63,661 bases of DNA, filler included, from Octopus bimaculoides (GCF_001194135.2; 5 parts of 5 records of this genome joined end to end with filler, not necessarily neighbours in it), one strand, 5' to 3'; positions 10,651 to 24,399 are shown, counted from the whole stretch's first letter. Made by a program: numbers and translations. Notes: generated from the sequence alone by a model not told the origin.

Positions 10651-10716
10651 TATATGTATTTGTAATGGTAAGATCAGCAAAACTAGTCCTAATCTGGTGA
10701 GAGATAAATATTGTTT

Positions 10717-10722
10717 AATAAA
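10717..10722 (+). terminator. Candidate poly(A) signal of the MAVS-like gene
   Basis: First AATAAA visible after the stop codon; the gap at 9558-9963 could hide an earlier one. Confidence 0.25.
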
Positions 10723-10956
10723 CACATTATCTCTTTTTATGAGCTACAAATAGTTTCAGGCAATGAAAATGACACAGACAACATTTTTAACATGTCTGGT
10801 GTCTTTATGTAGATTGCTTGAAGATTGCTTGAAGATTGCTTGAAGGTAGCAGATGTGTTATAAAATGATGCATTGTTTTCATTGGGGTGAAACTATTGGT
10901 AGCTCTTAAAAATATTTTCTGTGTTCATTAAACAATGTTTATCTCTTACCTTTTTT

Positions 10957-11145
10957 TTATCTTTTACTTGTTTCAGTCATTTGACTGTGGCCATGCTGGA
11001 GCACTGCCTTGAAGGGTTTTTAGTTGAACAAATCAGTTCCAGGACTTTTTGCCTTTGAACTTAGTACTTATTCTGTCAGTCACTTTTGTTGAACCACTAA
11101 GTTACGGAGACGTAAACAAACCAACATCAGTTGTTAAGCAGCAGT

Positions 11146-11181
<36 letters not shown>

Positions 11182-11335
11182 ATGGGATTCTTTCAGTTTC
11201 TGTCTACCAAATCTATTCACAATGCTTTGGTTGGCCCAAGGCTATAGTAGAAGACACTTGCCCAAGGTGCCATGCAGTGGGACTGAACCCAGAACGATGT
11301 GGTTGGGAAGTAAACTTCTTACCACACAACTACAC
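10957..11335 (-). mobile_element. SINE family A, full copy inverted relative to 10274-10650
   Basis: tcttttacttgtttcagtcatttgactgtggccatgctggagcac...ccaaggtgccatgcagtgggactgaaccc...cttcttaccacac. Confidence 0.8.
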
Positions 11336-11399
11336 AAACATATATTAGTCTCCCTCTCTCTCACTCTCCTCTCTCTTTCTCTGTCTGTCTATCACTCAT

Positions 11400-11432
<33 letters not shown>

Positions 11433-11900
11433 GTTTAATGTCTGTTGTCCATGCGTTAGACAGTGTGATTGAAACTGGCAAGGCTGCAGAGCTGCACCAG
11501 GCTCCAGTCTGATTTGGCACAAATTCTATGGCTGGATGCCCTTCCTAACGTCAACCTCTCTGTGAGTGTAATGGGCCATCAGCATAGGTGCCATTTGCAT
11601 GACACCAGTATCTTCCATGACTTGTGATTTTGCTCGGCTTGGTTGGTCTTCTCAAGCACGACAGAGGTCTCAGCCATTGCTTCCATGCAGTCCAACACTC
11701 GAAAAGAGCTCAGTCACTTTGCCTCTATGAGGCCCAACACTCAGAAGATACTTTTTATGTGTCGCTGGCATAGGTGCCACTTACATGACACCAGCATCAG
11801 CCATGGCTACGATTTCACTTGGCTTGACCAGTCTTCTCAAGCACAGCATATCGCCAAAGGTCTTGGTCAATAATCATTTCCTCTGTGAGGTCCAAAGTTG
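11400..11900 (-). mobile_element. Family B (RTE-related) repeat copy
   Basis: (CAT)n-cgtttaatgtc...ggctggatgcccttcctaacg...gtcttctcaagcacagcatatcgcc. Confidence 0.65.
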
Positions 11901-12236
11901 ATGTTGATGATGATGATGGTATATATATATATATATATATATATGACAGTTATGTATTGTTGTGTCTATGTATATACAAACCTACACACATGTATATCTG
12001 ACAGTAATGCACAGTCTTGGTTCCATGAAAAAATCAACTCCTACACTCTGGATGCCGTTCCTAATACCAGTCATTTTACTGTCATTGAAAACCCAGCCAA
12101 AGTTGACATAGGAGCTTCATGCACAGGGATCCTGTTAAATTGTGTCACTCGTGTCACCATCTAGGTGGACATTAAATGACGATGATAGGTTTTGAGAAAT
12201 ATTCACACACATATATATCTGTATATGTATGTATAC

Positions 12237-12294
<58 letters not shown>

Positions 12295-12779
12295 ATACAT
12301 ATATATATCAAGATTCAATTGAACAAGGGACTTAAAGGTAAGGCACGTGGTTAGGTCAGAATAAAATGCATACACAACAATTTCAGACAAATACCAACAT
12401 CGGAACAAAAGCACAGGCAGAATGATATTCGAGTAATGATTGCCATTAATTGAACCCAACTGAGTATATAATTAGCTCTCGAGCTAATCAGGAATGTACA
12501 TTTTATTAATTATACAGTCCATGATATGCTTTGGAACAGGTGAGGAGCAGGTTCCGAGAGAGGTGAATTATAAATAAATAAATAGTAATTGATGGATAGG
12601 GTTCAATTCATTAAAGCTGTTTCTAATGAATTTTTTAATTGATCATTATATCATTATAAAAAATTGTCCAACCCATGCCAGCATGGAAAACAGACGTTAA
12701 TCGATGATGATGAAGATGTATTCTAAGGCTTGGCTGTATCAAAAGAAGACAATAAACCCTTGTTATCCATGGCTTATGC

Positions 12780-13090
12780 TAGTGTAGCATAACCGGCCCA
12801 TTTAAGAATACCTTTCAATTATTGGACAATATGCTGTGCCTGAGAGGACCTGTTGAGTCAAGTGAAATCATTGTGATGGCTGATGCCAGGCCTGCCTGAC
12901 TGGCTCCTGTGCCAGTGGCACGTAAAAAGCACCCACTGTACTCTCAGATTGGTTGGCATTAGGAAGGGCATCCAGCTGCAGAAACTCTGCCAGATCAGAT
13001 TGGGAGCCTGGTACAGCCTTCTGGCTTGCCAGTCCTCAGTCAAACTGTCCAACCCATGCCAGCATGGAAGGTGGACGTTAAATGATGATT
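12780..13090 (+). mobile_element. Family B (RTE-related) repeat copy
   Basis: atatgctgtgcctgagaggacctgttgagtcaagtg...ggttggcattaggaagggcatccagc...ccaacccatgccagcatggaag. Confidence 0.7.
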
Positions 13091-13214
13091 ATATATATTT
13101 CTCTCTCTCTCTCTNNNNNNNNNNNNNNNNNNNNNNNNNNNNNNNNNNNNNNNNNNNNTTAATTAATTAANNNNNNNNNNNNNNNNNNNNNNNNNNNNNN
13201 NNNNNNNNNNNNNN

Positions 13215-13239
<25 letters not shown>

Positions 13240-13250
<11 letters not shown>

Positions 13251-13497
13251 GTGTGTGTGTGTGTGTATTTATGCATGTATATTTATGTGCGTATTCCTTT
13301 GAGTTTGATTTCCACCGTCGCTTGACAACCAGTGCTGGTGTCTTTACGTCCTGTAACATAGCAGTTCAATAAAGATACCGACAAAATAACGACAAGACCT
13401 ACAAAAAAAAATATGTACTGGGGTCAATTCGTTCGACTAGAATTCGTTAAAGCGGTGCCACAGCAAGGCCTCACCCTGCTGACTGAATCAAATAAAA
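13240..13497 (+). mobile_element. SINE family A, 3' half
   Basis: cgcttgacaacc.gtgctggtgtctttacgtcc...ggggtcaattcgttcgacta..gcggtgcc..gactgaatcaaataaaag. Confidence 0.55.
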
Positions 13498-14797
13498 GAA
13501 TTATGGAATGAAGGAATCCTGTATTCTATTGAAAATCAGTAAATGTAAAGCTAAATACTCTCAAAAATGTTTTTCCATTTGCAATTCCGTTAGAGGGTGT
13601 CAGTTGAGTGTGATCTGTCAGTTATTTCTGCTAGACCATAACAAGAGTGACGGGCGATATGTACCCCTTACAAAACCATATTCAACTACACATACTAACC
13701 ATTAACTTTACTATTAAGTCCACCTTACTAATAACATATAATCTCTATTATCCGGATATTATAAAATCATAAATTACAGTATTCCATTAAACCTGCTTTA
13801 TGAGATACATCATGCCAGTTATACGCTTCCTCCTTATGCCAGGTATCGCTGTTCTTGTTGTTTAGGTCTTGAGGAGCATAAATAAAGCGGATCTGTAACC
13901 AATCGGTTAACGTCTTTTCAAGGCTTAACTTATCTTGGATTACATTATTCAATGTGCCCTTATATTTTCAGGACATAAGGATATGAATTTTGAGGGATAT
14001 TGCACTGTTACTCTTCAAGGACCAATATTATAAATCCCACTGAAGCATAAATCCATATCAACATCTACACCAAGCTGCTGGGTGGGCGCGGGAAGTATTT
14101 CCGTGCCACGAGTTCCTGACATCGCCATGATTATTGCGGGTTCAATCTCAACCTGACATCTTTCAGTGATACAATATACTGAAAGAATATTGCAGTAACA
14201 ATAAGACAAGAGAAAAAAAATGACAATGATTTATTAAGAATCCAATTTATGAGTTTTTATTTTACCGGCAGTCTTTATTTCTTATAACATTGCAAGATAT
14301 AGTTCTCGGCTTCTTTTTTACCTTTTTCACCTACGCTTGATGAATCTAATGTCATTTTCTTATAAATCCAGTTTGTACTTTTTCTTTTTATTAATACAAT
14401 ATCCATTTGTTCTTAGAAATAAAATAAAATATAAGCATTAAGTCGTTTCTTTTGACTTCCAAGAATCGGATCGCCTTATATCTCAAATCTCAAAATTCTT
14501 TTTATGATGGAATACTCTTTCCTATAAATCAAGAATCGAGTTTTTTCCCCCACCTTTTTCTTTATTTCTAATCTTGGAAGTAAAGCTTGAAAACTTTTAG
14601 AGGAATGCACAACGTTCTGCTACTTTTCGTTCCTATTCTTTTTCTTTATTTTAATAAATCCAGGATGTATATATTTTTTATAAGTCTGAAGTAAATATTA
14701 CATATATAATTATTGTGTGGGCACATGTGTGTATGTATGAGATATATATATACGCCTATATACTTACATATATGCATATACATACATACATGCGTAC

Positions 14798-14849
<52 letters not shown>

Positions 14850-14970
14850 CAGAAAGAGAACTATACGTTTTTAATATATTTATGTATTATATATATATTA
14901 TTTTTGTATATATGTATATGTATATGCACATGATTATATCTATCTATCTATCGAGCGATCGATCTAGCTC

Positions 14971-15014
<44 letters not shown>

Positions 15015-15249
15015 TAAGAGAGAGAGAGAGTGGGTGAGTTGGTGGGTTTTGGGTGGGTGTGTTTATAAGTATATGTGAATGTATCATATGTTTGTATACT
15101 GAAAATCGAAACAGTTTTATCCATATCTATGCAATATTCTTCTACCAAAAAAAAAAAATAAATATAAATAAAAATAAAACAATAGAAAGTCAAGTGCGCA
15201 GAATATCGGATAACGTAATGTACTCAATAACGAAAGCAGAGTAATATAT

Positions 15250-15255
15250 TTTATT
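15250..15255 (-). terminator. Candidate poly(A) signal of the minus-strand candidate gene
   Basis: AATAAA on the minus strand about 260 nt past the predicted stop. Confidence 0.3.
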
Positions 15256-15514
15256 TGTTATAGAAATTCTATTGAAGATATTCTATACTTCTCTGAAATC
15301 TTTCCTTTTAAAGTTAGCTGTCATGGTGAAAAAGACGCAACCAGTGTCAGCATAACCAAGTCTCCATGTGGTAAACATCGACGAAGATATGCGACTGCTC
15401 ACACCTTTAGTACACTATAAGCGTTTTCTTTCTGTTGAAGAAACAGTAGAACTTGCAGTAGTTTGTCTGAAAGGTAGATGATACTCTGAAAAGTACAGTG
15501 AAAAGAACAACTGA

Positions 15515-15546
15515 CTATTTGGTGTCCGAAGGAGTTTTAGGTTTGT
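15515..15546 (-). CDS. Candidate minus-strand small-exon gene, terminal coding exon ((D)KPKTPSDTK*)
   Basis: Strong acceptor ttttcttctttttttgcctgttccag; phase 1 fits the 24400-24487 exon; followed by UTR-like unique sequence and AATAAA. Confidence 0.45.
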
Positions 15547-15730
15547 CTGGAACAGGCAAAAAAAGAAGAAAAAGCGCGAATACCACTGTTTACGTGTGTA
15601 AATCTAATTAACTATCAATAAGTAATAGCTAACCTACTAATTAAGTAAGTAACTAACGAACAAACCAATTAATAAATTAGTTATTTAAATATATAAATAG
15701 ATAACAGTGACAATTTGATTTTATCATCAG

Positions 15731-15970
15731 TGTGAAGGTACATGACCCAGTGGTTAAGGTGTTGCGCCTACGATTGCTACATCTTGGTTTAGATTGCTTG
15801 ACCGAGTGGTGATTGTGTTCTGGAGCAAAACATTTCACTTAACGTTGCTTTACTCCACTCAGATGCAATGACAAATGAGTGCCTGTCGTCCCGTCCAGGG
15901 GACATGCTCTGATGTACTCTTGTACTTGTACTCAATGGAAAACGAGTAATTGGCCCTATGAACCCTAGTA
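15731..15970 (+). mobile_element. tRNA-derived SINE (family D), degenerate
   Basis: tRNA-like head (gacccagtggttaaggtgtt...), then gtgttctggagcaaaacatttcacttaacgttgct and cgtcccgtccagggg core. Confidence 0.55.
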
Positions 15971-16029
15971 CTCATAGCAGTTGTTGCTTTTTTATCATAT
16001 GTATGTATGCGTGTATATGTATATATTTA

Positions 16030-16235
16030 TTTATTGCCTACAGGGGGCTAAACATAGGGGGGGACAAACAAGGATAGACAAAGGGATTAAGTTGATTACA
16101 TCGACCCCAGTGCGTAACTGGTACTTATTTAATCGAAGCCCGAGAGGATGAAAGGCAAAGTCGACCTCGGCGGAATTTGAACTCAGAACGTAACGACAGA
16201 CGAAATACCGCTAAGCATTTCGCCCGGCATGCTAA
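16030..16235 (-). mobile_element. SINE family C copy
   Basis: cgaccccagtgcgtaactggtacttatttaatcga...ggatgaaaggcaaagtcgacctcggcggaatttgaactcagaacgtaacgacagacgaaataccgctaagcatttcgcccggc. Confidence 0.8.
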
Positions 16236-16276
16236 CGATTATGCATGTTCATATGTCCACACATGCACACGCGCAC

Positions 16277-16333
<57 letters not shown>

Positions 16334-16973
16334 GAGATGGAGAGAGAGAGAGATAGAGAGATCTGCGTATGTATGTATACACAGGGAAAGAGAGACAGGT
16401 TTCCACAAATTAACGTCAACTAATTTCCAATCAAAACATATTTGTCCCCGCTAACTTATATGACGTGTTAAAAAAATAGACTTGAATGAAGTAACGCGTA
16501 GTGGGATCGAACAGATAACATCATTTTCGCAACACAATCTCCTTAACCACGCAGTTATACACGTTTGAATAGGTTCCTGAAATTCTTTATTCATGGATTA
16601 TCTTCTCTGTATATTATATAATTTAGTAATTCCATTGATATTATTTTCGGTGTAATGCTATCGAACACAAGATTTGTCAATACTGCACCAAAGTCGGTGT
16701 GTTCACGTAGACCATCATATATATATATATATATANNNNNNNNNNNNNNNNNNNNNNNNNNNNNNNNNNNNNNNNNNNNNNNNNNNNNNNNNNNNNNNNN
16801 NNNNNNNNNNNNNNNNNNNNNNNNNNNNNNNNNNNNNNNNNNNNNNNNNNNNNNNNNNNNNNNNNNNNNNNNNNNNNNNNNNNNNNNNNNNNNNNNNNNN
16901 NNNNNNNNNNNNNNNNNNNNNNNNNNNNNNNNNNNNNNNNNNNNNNNNNNNNNNNNNNNNNNNNNNNNNNNNN

Positions 16974-17007
<34 letters not shown>

Positions 17008-17966
17008 ATGTAATGCAATATAATATAATATAATATAAGCGCACACACGTATCATGCCATTTATAAATAATTGATCTATATTGCACCGTGTACCTGAATG
17101 GAGAAAGTCGGATGGGAGTTAGTTAAATGAATCACAAACAATTAAATTTATATTCTCACATGTTCCTATCCACAATTCGATATATTTGCGTGATTAAATG
17201 TTTTATGAGCGACCGTTGTACTGGTGCATTCGATGTGAACTGAGAGAGGGAGCGAGATAAAGAGGGAAATTGAGAGAGAGAGGGAAAAGAGAGAGAAAGA
17301 GGGAGTGTGAGTGAGAGTGAGAGAGAGAGTGAGAGATTGTTGCAATAAATTCTATAAGACGCTGACTACTGAAAAACATATAAACGTGGACAGATTTACT
17401 TTGGATATCTTAAAGATAATGGCGGTTTCCAATTTCCTAATTTGTTTACAAGATTGAAGACATAATAAGAAAGTGATATGAATCTATTGGCTACAATTGC
17501 AGGTACCTTTTGTCTGTTTGATGTTTTATATCGGAAGATCTGAGAAGGGAAATTTTACGAAGACCTTATTAGGCGTTTTAATGTTTAGAATTACGAATAT
17601 CATAACAGGATGAAGTGATTCTCATTGTTATCGAGGATGAATCATTGCTTAGTCATTATTGATACATCAATGTCTGGCCGATCTATTGATCAGGGATCAT
17701 ACGAGCATGTTTGTCAGCAGAAGCCTTTAAGGCAACGACATAATACCAATATTTATGAGAATATGGGAGATTATATAATGCTATTGAGAAGAATATCAGG
17801 GTATTGGAATAATAAAGTCAAATATGTTACCCGCTGGGTGGGAAAAAGTGGAGTTTATTTTTTGCTTTGAGAAACATTGAAGGAAAAATAATTTTGCTCG
17901 TCGAGAAATTAATTTACAACAATTACAAAATAAACATTATACTAAAACATTAATTACAACCAAATA

Positions 17967-18186
17967 GGCGGTGAGGTGGCAGAATCGTTAGCACGCTGGA
18001 CGCAATGCTTAGCAGTATTTCTCCCGTCTATACGTTCTAAGTTCAAATCCCACCGAGATCGATTTTACCTTTTCTCCTTTTTGGGTCGATAAATTAAGTA
18101 CCAGTTGAGTACCAGTACTCGATGTAATCTACGATCCCTTCTCCAAATTTCAGGACTTATGCCTATAATAGAAAGGGTTATTTACA
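17967..18186 (+). mobile_element. SINE family C copy
   Basis: ggcggtgaggtggcagaatcgttagcacg...aagttcaaatccc...gtcgataaattaagtaccagttgagt...gcctataatagaaaggg. Confidence 0.8.
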
Positions 18187-18269
18187 CACTAGATGATTCT
18201 ACTAATGTTCTGCTATTGTCAGAAAATAGGAATAAGATAGATTGTGTTTAACTATCAAGAAAGAGATGA

Positions 18270-18592
18270 AGGAACGTGGCTTACTGGTTAGTGAATTCGG
18301 CTCATAACCGTGAGGTGGCGAGTTCGATTTTTGGCAGCGCGTCGAGTCCTTGAACAAGATAATTTATTTCACGTTGCTCCAGTTCACTCAGCTGGCAAAA
18401 ATGAGTTGTACCTGTAATTGAAGGGGGGCCAGCATTGTCACATTTTGTGTCACGCTGAATCTCCCCAAGAAATATGTTAAGAGTATGCGTGTCTGTGAAG
18501 TGTTCAATCACTTACACGTTAATTTCCCAAGCAGCGTGTTCCGTCAATCGGATCACGTGAATGACTCGTCGTCGTAATCGACGGAGTACCGT
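18270..18592 (+). mobile_element. tRNA-derived SINE (family D), near full length
   Basis: A/B-box-like head (gtggcttactggttagtg...gagttcgatt), gtccttgaacaagataatttatttcacgttgctccagttcactcagctggc core, tail cgtcgtcgtaatcgacggagt. Confidence 0.7.
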
Positions 18593-19234
18593 TTTATCTA
18601 GACGGAAAGAGAAAAGTTCCATATGGAATTTTAAGTGGATTTTGTAGCATTTGCAAAAAATGAAGTTGAATTTAAATGTATGATCTAAATGTTGGAAGCT
18701 AAAAGATTCCAAACACGATTGCACAATCAAAAGTTATTGGTTTGAATGCTATTGATCTATGATAGATAAAAATGAAGCAATCATTGATTGATATTATTGC
18801 TGTCAGCGTAATAAATGATTAAAGTTGAAAGCATAAACCTACAGGCTACACACATAAACACAAAATAGGCCCAGATACACTGAGGCTAAATACTCGTGAA
18901 TCTATCTATCTATCTAACTATCTAAATATCTATCTCTATCAACCTATGTATCTACCTTTCTATTTATCTATCTAACTATTTATGTATGTATGTATGTATC
19001 TATCTATCTATCTATCCGTCTATATATTTATTTATCTATCTATATATTTATGTATCTATATTAACGCACACACACACACACACATGGTGATACACAGAGA
19101 AAGCTAGATGTCTGAGAATGAGTATGTACATAATTTTTGTCCTTTCTCGTGTGTGCGTTCAATATATTGTTTGTGTGCGTTCAATATATTGTTTGTGTGC
19201 GCTAGAAGACCTAATGTCTACTTCAAGCTACATT

Positions 19235-19365
19235 TTTGTCATTGGATGAGTAGGAGCTTTAGGTGTTTTCGCTCAATATATATTCACAATGCCCGGTTGG
19301 GAATCGAAACCACGATCCTACGATCGCGAGTCCGCTGCCCTAACCACCGGGCCATTGTGTCTCCA
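19235..19365 (-). mobile_element. tRNA-derived SINE head
   Basis: Minus strand ggcccggtggttagggcagcggactcgcgatcgtaggatcgtggtttcgattccc followed by non-tRNA body gagcgaaaacacctaaagctcc. Confidence 0.6.
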
Positions 19366-19686
19366 CGCAAAAGTGGGTATACAATTATGAAAAGGAAAAT
19401 ACGTACAATACTCAAGTATTTTTATCAAAAAAAGTTTGAAGTTAACCTCATTTCTGATATTTTTATTGTCATTAATCATAATCATACTTTTATCGTAATA
19501 TTTAATTTTTTTGACAAAAATAAATGAGTATTGTACGTGTTTTTTTTTTTTCATAACTGTGTACCTATTTTTGCACCCCAACTTAATATGCGTCTCTATA
19601 TAATTACGTATAGGAATACATTTATGTATGTATGTATATATGTATCCATCTATCTCTGTGTGTGTTTATATGTGTCAGTGCGCGTA

Positions 19687-19749
<63 letters not shown>

Positions 19750-20199
19750 ATTTTGTGTTTGTAAGAAAAGTTTCAGAATAAATATAGAGTGACCATGGAA
19801 GAAAATTAGTTGTTCCATAAATGTGGAATTTGCACCTTGTAATCTTTATTATTCACGTTGGGTCATAAAATTTAAATGAATAAAGCCCTCGTTTCTATTT
19901 GAATGTGGAAATCGAGTGCTAGGAGATAGTTTCATTCTAAGCATGTGTTAAGAGGATTTGAACGAATAATTGTTCACTGGGAAATAAAACTTTCTCATTG
20001 AGAGAAGGAATCCTATAGACGAAAGTATATTTCGTTTAGTGTAACGATCTGCATAGTCTGAATATTGTCGTGGTATACTTGCTAATATTAAAATAATATT
20101 AACTAATATAAAGTAATATTAACTCGTTTCATCATGCGTCCGTGGTCATGCTGGAGCACTACCATGGTCTTTCTCACTTCTTCAGCCTGAATGTTTCAC

Positions 20200-20757
20200 A
20201 TCACCACTCCTGGATGTGCCTTTGTCTCAGCTGCTGGTACATTTGGTATATAAGAGAGTTTGATTGCGCTGCCCTCGTCTGTACCTTATGTCGGACTGTT
20301 GGTTCATCCGGTATTCGTGGAGAGGAGGATGTCTAATTCCTTTTCTGAAGACATCTACTTCCACCTTATGCAAATCTCTTGATTTTTGTGGCAGGGCATT
20401 GAAAAGCTGTGGCCCTTTGAAACCTAGACTATTGCAACACCTGGTCCTGAATTTAGATGAAGTGGATGGTACCATTGGTACAATAAAATGGCGGCCAGTT
20501 CTGGCATTTGTAAAACTCAATGCCTAAGTTCGGTACTTGTCCCTCTAGGATTTTCCATATGTATATTATTGCCAATCTCTCGCGTCTTCGCTCCAAGGAG
20601 TAATGCTGCAGTTTTCTCAGCCTATCCCCGTGGCTCATCCGCTGCACTGTTTCAATCTTTTTAGTGTAGTGGCGTTGGACTGCTTCAAGCTCCGCTGTTA
20701 GTTTGGCACTATGTGGTGATCATAACTGGGAGCAGTAGTCCAGGCAACTGAGAAACC
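20200..20757 (-). mobile_element. CR1/L2-type LINE 3' ORF2 fragment
   Basis: LDYCSQL*SPH..LEAVQRHYTKKI..RLRKLQHYSLERRRER..IYIWKILEG.VPN..GFKGPQLFNALP; frameshifted. Confidence 0.8.
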
Positions 20758-20759
20758 AC

Positions 20760-20935
20760 AGCTTGACAAACCAGGGTGGATGTGTTTACGTGCTCTTTAC
20801 TTAGCGGTTCGGTAAAAGAGATCAATAGGATTAAAAAGAAGGTATAAATACCGGAGTCGAGACATTCAACTGAAATCTCTTCAAGGCGGTGCCCCAGTTT
20901 GGCCGCAGTCTAATGACTGCAATAAGTAAAAAAAA
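20760..20935 (+). mobile_element. SINE family A, 3' part
   Basis: gcttgacaaacc...cttagcggttcggtaaaagag...ggcggtgccccag..tggccgcagtctaatgactg. Confidence 0.55.
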
Positions 20936-21619
20936 AATAAGGGTTAAATAACGTACACCGTTCCTCCACGTACACATCTTACTCCCTGACGTAATCAGTC
21001 CTTTGGACAGGAACCACAGCCTCACATTCCACCCCTCTTCACACGTGGTCTCTCTCATATTATGTAAAAGGAAACAAAACGGGCGGCTAGAATTACGTGC
21101 AATTCATCTCTCGTGCTTAGCAGTTCATGCCTCTATAAATAGCTTTTAGCCGAAATATCGTCGGTGTTTAAAATCAAGTGGATGAAGTGGGTGGCTCATG
21201 CTCGTAAGATCATGTATTTCATTGACAGACCGGGCAACACTTTATGTCCTCCAGTAGCGTACTTCATTTTATGCTTCGTTCTGCTCAGCTAAGAATGTGT
21301 TGCAACGTAGAGCAACGCTGTTATATCCCAGATGTTTTATTGGATACAGTGTAAGTGAGTGGAAACGTGGTGTATAAAAAGGATATGATATAAATGCATT
21401 GGAGCTAGACATGGTTCGTATAACGCTGATGAAATTCAATCCCAAGACATTGGTAAATGTGGGGCTATACCATTAGAGAGTTACCCAAGGTGCACAAAAG
21501 GGGATTGGAACAGAAAGTATTCTTTCGTTTCGTGAAAATCTTAAACGCCTAGCAGTGCTTGCTCATCTCTCCCCTTTCTCTCTCTCTCTCTATCTACCTA
21601 TCTATTTATCTATATATGC

Positions 21620-21970
21620 CACAGAAGCAGGAGAACCCAGTCATGGATGTCAGACAATTTCTGCCACCACATCACCCTTAACATCTGGCCACATACCTTA
21701 CCAGAATGCAATCCCATTAATTATTGTGTGTGCACAGTTGTGCGAGTGACCTACAAGACTCTTGTAGCACCAAAGATGAACCGAAGGCAAGATTTATGGC
21801 AGCATTCCCCAACTTAAACAAGGAGACCATCCAGAAGAGTTGCAGGAGATTCCGAAGTCGTCTGGAGGCTGTGGTTGAAGGCAATGGCGATTCTATTGAA
21901 TACATTTAGTCTTTCGTATTTCAAGATATTTTTATGTAATTCTGGTAAATATATCTGTTAATTTAGACAA
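21620..21970 (+). mobile_element. Tc1/mariner-superfamily transposase 3' fragment (mariner/maT-like)
   Basis: SWMSDNFCHHIT..IWPHTLPECNPINY (degenerate WPPNSPDCNPLDY) and KDEPKARFMAAFPNLNKETIQKSCRRFRSRLEAVVEGNGDSIE. Confidence 0.7.
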
Positions 21971-22394
21971 CAGTTTATTCACCACACCATGTATGTATGC
22001 ATGTACGCATGTATGCATGTATGTATTTATGTATGTATGTATGTATGTATGTATGTATGTATGTATGCATGTATGTGTGTGCGTGTACGTAGGTATGTAT
22101 GTGTGCGTATGAATGTATGTATGTATTTATCTATAACCGTTGGAAAACATATTTCCTATGTCTGCCTGTATGTATGCATGCATATACTAAGGGGCGCCAG
22201 TTGATGATTCAGTCCGTTGCTAGGGACTGCGATGTTATCGCACTTGAGCAATAATGAACATTGAACTAATCGAACGCTTAAAAATATTATCTTTTATCAC
22301 AATGTTGATTTATTGACTGAGGCCACTCGAAAACCAGAGGAGCAACAGTACGAGTCATTGGTCGATGAAAGATGCACTTTGTATTGATTACTGT

Positions 22395-22790
22395 TTCATA
22401 GATGTAGGCGTAGACGTGGCCGGGTGGGAAGAAGTTTGTTTCCCAACCACTTGGTTCTCGGTTCAGTCCCAGTGTGTGTGTCACCTTGGGGCAAGTATCT
22501 TCTGCTATAGCTTCAGACCAACCATCCAGGCCACGCTGTAAAGTTGTTGACATTTGGAAGGACATCCAGCTGTGAAAATCATGCCAAAATTGACATTCCC
22601 CATGCTAGAGCCACGTAAAAAGTACTGAGCCCACGCTGCAGAGTGGCTGGTGTTGAGAAGCGCATCCAGGTGTTAAAACCCCGCCGAAACAGACACAGTA
22701 GCCTGAGGTCGTCTTCTACGTAACCGGCTCCTGCCAACCGTGCATGCGTGGACGACGGACGTTAATCAATGTTGATGATGATGATGATAC
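22395..22790. mobile_element. Family A head (minus) fused to family B tail (plus)
   Basis: Family A head sequence at ~22400-22530, then ggacatccagctg...ccaaccgtgcatg..ggacgttaa(tga)n. Confidence 0.45.
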
Positions 22791-23225
22791 ACATGCGCAC
22801 ACTCACATGCATATGTGCATAGCGTTCATATTAAGGGATTTAAACATACGATCATAAGGGGCTCGGTTATATCCCTCAATGAGCGGATTTCTTGTGAAAT
22901 TAATCAGAATATTTCTTCCCTGTTGTTGTCGTCAATTCACCACTGAATAAGTAACAGTAATTGCTATGCGGCTGGGTGGGGGTTTCGACGTAGCGATGGA
23001 TGGCAACCCATCCCGTGGGAGTTACAGAACTCTTGGCTTATACACCGTAGGAAACAAGCTGAACTTCCTGGTTTACTGAGGTGAGAAGACTCATGTCTGA
23101 CGTAAATATTCACGTGCGTTTATATATATACATATATATCTATATATGCATACATATGCATGTGCGTGTGTTTATGTATGTATGCATACATATATACATA
23201 CATTAAATACATTACCTATATATTC

Positions 23226-23260
<35 letters not shown>

Positions 23261-23341
23261 CACACATAAACATATGTAAAAGTATATGCGTGAGAGTATT
23301 TGAGTCTGTGTCACTGTATACTTGTATGTATATTCATATAT

Positions 23342-23382
<41 letters not shown>

Positions 23383-23849
23383 TATGCATATAAATATATA
23401 TTTACACACACATATATATTTATATATGCATATATGATGATATACATATATATACATATATACATATACATATATACATATATACGTGTGCGTGTATGTC
23501 TATATATATATATATATATATATATGGATACATGCATAATGATTTCATACGTCCGGGTGTGTTGTTGCCATAGTATTTTTACTGTTCCTCTAACAAAGCC
23601 GCCATCAATAGATCGGTTGTATAGCGACCGCGTTACTGTCCAGCAGGTTCTATTGATTTCTCTGTACGTTCAGAGCAGGTAGTCTCTCTTTCATAAACGC
23701 AGACATCATTAGTCTTTATCCCTCAAATATCCTACCTTTACGCACACATACAAAAAAAAATCTATTAACCTATTTATATATTTATTCACTTGCTAGTTAA
23801 TAGTTTAAACACATATATTGCTTGCAATTCTTTTAAGCACTCACATACA

Positions 23850-23922
<73 letters not shown>

Positions 23923-24399
23923 TTTTTGATATTGATTTTCGTTCTTTTTTTCTTTTCTTTTGCAGAAAAGAGCTGATTATCAGAAATAGGAGGCATATAA
24001 CTACAGTGTTTTGTAGATGCGTGTTGGTGTAGACTTGGTGTTGTGGCCTCTAGCAGGAAGTTTGAAGGCGATGCGATCAGACCGTTCGACAAGTAGCTGC
24101 TTGAATAGATAGGAGATAAAACACGAAACAGAAAGTAAAAGAAGAAACAACAAAAACAACACCCACAATAACAACAACAATAAGAAGAAAAACAAAACAC
24201 ACAGAAAACTAACGATCTATTGTATGAAAAATGAAATGTAATGACAACACAAAGCTATTGTAATTAAGTGGATTAACTGTGTGTGGGAGTGGGTGTAATT
24301 GCGTATGTGTGCGTGTGTGCGCGTGTGACTCTTCCTTTCTCTCTCATTCTCTCATTCTCTCTCTCTTTCCCCATCTCCCTCACGCTCAACACTCCGCAC

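Noticed and set aside
12339-12357. miR-124-like sequence (taaggcacg...)
   Set aside because: Only the first 9 nt match and there is no hairpin partner arm.
13159-13170. TTAATTAATTAA islands inside N runs (also 44406-44417, 59500-59511, 62284-62295)
   Set aside because: An identical 12-mer with stops in all six frames, flanked by similar-length N runs, is a scaffolding linker and not biology. It produces the recurring ...XXXLIN ORF ends.
18270-19365. tRNA genes
   Set aside because: The tRNA-like A/B-box sequences continue into SINE bodies and lack a complete acceptor stem.
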